A DNA stretch of 64,000 nucleotides from Octopus bimaculoides (Eukaryota), in the NCBI RefSeq assembly GCF_001194135.2, contig NC_068990.1:84249070-84313069 (forward strand), in the 5' to 3' direction. The notes beneath the pieces were generated by a model. It searched no databases. It was not told the origin of the DNA and saw only the letters and a program-made list of their open reading frames with translations. Numbering within the stretch: the stretch's first letter is position 1; each line of letters opens with the position of its first letter. A program made the position numbers and the translations under genes. Positions 60,947 through 64,000 of the stretch are shown piece by piece.

Positions 60947-61225
60947 GGTGCATGGCTCAGTGGTTAGAGCATTGGGCTCACATTCACGAGGTAGTGAGTT
61001 CAATTCCCGGACTGGGCTATGTGTTATGTTCTTGAGCAAGACACTTCATTTCCCGTTGTTCCAATACACTCACCTGTAGAAATAAGTTGCAACATCAATG
61101 GTACCAAGCTGTATAAGGGGAGGTTTGTATGCATGAGTGACTGCTGGTCTTCCATAAACAAACTTGCTCAGCCTTGTACTTTGGAGGGTAACTTTTTAGG
61201 TGCAATCTCATGGTTATTCACGACC
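60947..61225 (+). mobile_element. tRNA-derived SINE family D
   Basis: A box TGGCTCAGTGG, B box GAGTTCAATTC, ttcttgagcaagacactt core; related remnant at about 24600-24780 on the minus strand. Confidence 0.8.
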
Positions 61226-61244
61226 AAAAGGGTTCTTTACCCTC

Positions 61245-61286
<42 letters not shown>

Positions 61287-61421
61287 NNNNNNNNNNNNNN
61301 NNNNNNNNNNNNNNNNNNNNNNNNNNNNNNNNNNNNNNNNNNNNNNNNNNNNNNNNNNNNNNNNNNNNNNNNNNNNNNNNNNNNNNNNNNNNNNNNNNNN
61401 NNNNNNNNNNNNNNNNTATTC

Positions 61422-61495
61422 ATATAAATACAGTGTACATTTAAACACATAAGATGGATACCTCTTATGTGTTTAAATGTACACTGTATTTATAT
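61422..61495. repeat. Perfect 33-bp inverted repeat with 8-nt loop
   Basis: 61422-61454 pairs with 61463-61495. Confidence 0.92.
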
Positions 61496-61705
61496 ATATG
61501 TATATGAAACACCTGTGTTAGAATGGTGGCAGCTGATGAAGGAAAATGTTCTCTATGTGGCCTGTGTGTTTTCTGTACTCTGGTTATTATTTTTTTGTCT
61601 ACGTTTTGTTTGCAACGTCCTGTACTCAGATATGCACCTATATATACAGGTAGATGTAGGTATGCACATACTTGTACGTGTATATGCATACACTCATTTA
61701 TTATT

Positions 61706-61745
<40 letters not shown>

Positions 61746-61879
61746 AAATAAGCACATATATGTAAAACAAGGTGGAAAAAGTAGTACTCAAATACTGGAG
61801 GTAGAGTAATATGGTTTTATAAAAGAATCTACAAAGACATTACAAATACTTACTAAGGTTCCTGTTTCTTGGACAGTTT

Positions 61880-62230
61880 GTGCTTATGATGATGTTGCTG
61901 ATGGTGGAATTGCAGTAGTGTTGTTGGTTGTTGTTGATGAGGATGATTAATGTAGTGCTGATAACTGTTGCTATTATTGATTTTGGTGATATGCTTGTAG
62001 TCCTAATGGTGGTGGTGGTGGTGGTAGTGGTGAATGGGTTGCTGTAGGGTTAATGATGAGTGGTGATGATGTTGGTTATAGTTGGTCGTGTTTGATATGA
62101 CGATAGCAACATTGCTGCTGCTTCTGCCCCTGCTGCTGCTGATGATGATGATGAGGATGAAAACGATGACAATGCTAGTTGTGGTACTGACAGTGGTGGT
62201 GATGAGGAGGATTATGATGCTGATGGAGGT
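61880..62230. repeat. Low-complexity (GAT/GGT/GTT)n tract; similar tracts at 16400-16660, 41560-41740 and 44430-44720
   Basis: Degenerate trinucleotide repeats that generate the spurious V/M/D-rich ORFs. Confidence 0.85.
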
Positions 62231-62899
62231 GACGGTTTCATATCAAGAACCCAAAATAAATGTTTTAAGTTTTATGCCAGAGTTGATGGAGGGTGGTGGG
62301 GCAGAGAAAGAAACAAAAAAATATGTGTGTATATAGAGAGAGAAGGTGGGAGCGAGTGAGCGACAGTGTGAATAGTGATGTCACTGTTTTTATGAAGGAA
62401 ATGAAAGTCCATAAGCAAGCAGAAGTGGTGATGCTGGACAGGAAGATGAGAACATCAGTGTGGCAGAACAAATTCTGGCAGGAAGTGTTTAAAGTGGTGG
62501 CAGCTATGATTCAGAGATGACCAGTTTAGATGTTGCAGAGATTGAGAGATGGATTGAGAGAGACAGACAGACAGATAGATAGTTAGTTAGATAGATAGAT
62601 AGAAATAGTTAGAGAGATAGATAGATGGAAATAGATAGTTAGATAGATTGATAGATAGATAGATAAATAGTTAGATAGATAGATATTTCTGTGTTAAGTT
62701 TAACATTTGATTTTGTACTATTTATCGTTTTGCTCATGATGTTAATACTTGAAAATATGTCCTTACGTTAACAACATTACGGAAAAGTTCATTTAAGGGT
62801 TAGTCTATAAATCAAAGACTTAAAAATATTCTATTTTTGGTCTTTTTGACCACCATTGGTCCCATGATTTTATGATGGAATATTTTGTGAGGTTATATT

Positions 62900-63360
62900 T
62901 TCATTTTATACCACCCGGTTTACATTATCATTGATTCAACTTCGCTTCTGATATTTAACTTTAGTTGGTCGATTATGCAAGACATTCAAAGACGCCTGTT
63001 TTAAACGGGGACTAATCGATACGGACAATCATTATGACAGCATGCTTGAAGAAGCGTCTATCCGTCGAAGCTTCGTCATCTATTCGCTATTATGCTGGTT
63101 TTCTGTAACTTGGTTAACGCGAATTCGTTGTGGAATAAATGCAGGGACCATATGTTCTTTTCATTCATTCTGACTGCCTATTTCCCCTGAAAAGGTTGCA
63201 ATTCTACATCGAGCTGAGTTTTACCATGACCATCAACAAATCTCAAGGTCAATCTCTTAAAATTGTTGGTTGAGATCTTCGTACCCACTGCTTTTCACAC
63301 GGCCAATTTTACGTTGGCTGTTCCAGAGTTGGTGTTCTGGACAACTTTTTATTTAACAAA
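62900..63360 (+). mobile_element. Helitron RepHel relic with large internal deletion
   Basis: VGRLCKTFKDACFKRGLIDTDNHYDSMLEEAS...LWNKCRDHM joined to [49 protein letters not shown] (PIF1-like motifs V-VI). Confidence 0.88.
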
Positions 63361-63672
63361 AAACGTTGTACAGTTCTATATTTAAGAGATGAGGAATTCT
63401 GTACATTATTTACATTCGACGGATATTTGTCCTTATCTTGTTTGTTGTTAACACAACGTTTCTTATCGTATAGGTAATCATTTTTCTATGTTGTGTACTA
63501 ATGAATTTAAGGAGATATTATTGAATAATAATAATACTTTATTTAACTCCCTTGATGAACGTAAAATTAAATGTAGACATAAATTAAATTGTTTATATAA
63601 TAAGTTTAGCTAATTGTGTATATATATGTATATATGTGTGTATATATGTATATATATGTGTATATATGTATA

Positions 63673-63720
<48 letters not shown>

Positions 63721-64000
63721 CCCTATTTTATGTTTACTAATTGTAGTAGTTATAATTTGTACTTATAAAGTGTATATTAATTAGTACGGTAATATTTTTA
63801 GTGAATATTATATATTAATAATTAAATGATACTATGATTTTTATAAAATAAATAATTTAAATATTTTAATTAATTTATTTAATATAAATATATTAATTTA
63901 CGTATTTTAGTTTTAAACTATTAGACTTTAAAATTATTTAGAATTCAAAATTTTCCAGTAAATGTTTATAATACAGTTAATTTGTTATTATGATTACAGC

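Noticed and set aside
51058-61020. Genuine tRNA genes at SINE heads (e.g. 51058, 60947)
   Set aside because: A and B boxes are present, but no complete cloverleaf; they continue into SINE bodies with tails or TSDs.
61533-61560. Intact type I hammerhead at CTGATGAAG
   Set aside because: No downstream stem II closure or GAAA.

Overview
AT-rich, repeat-dense animal genomic DNA with eight small N gaps. The SINE/LINE families and microsatellite load suggest an octopus (coleoid cephalopod) draft assembly; this is inference. One host gene is supported: a + strand GRTP1/TBC1D6-like Rab-GAP. Nine internal/terminal coding exons (39898-58135) splice in frame through canonical GT-AG introns, with intact IxxDxxR and YxQ catalytic fingers. 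The likely first coding exon is 12720-12745, giving 334 aa; a second phase-compatible candidate lies at 38749-38843. The rest is transposon-derived: tRNA-type SINEs, RTE and R4/Dong-like LINE ends, Tc1/mariner, hAT, piggyBac-like and Kolobok-like MITEs, and Gypsy and Helitron relics. The most notable structures are (1) a 5'-truncated Penelope-like element with a GIY-YIG domain, ~600-bp inverted arms and a core-intact hammerhead ribozyme, lying in the probable first intron; (2) further hammerhead motifs, including a palindromic twin; (3) a GG-ended, 8-bp-TSD MITE carrying convergent telomeric G4-forming repeats; (4) a motif-and-spacer array at the window start; (5) a compact promoter-like cassette in a late intron. 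All alignments were done by eye; no database search was run.
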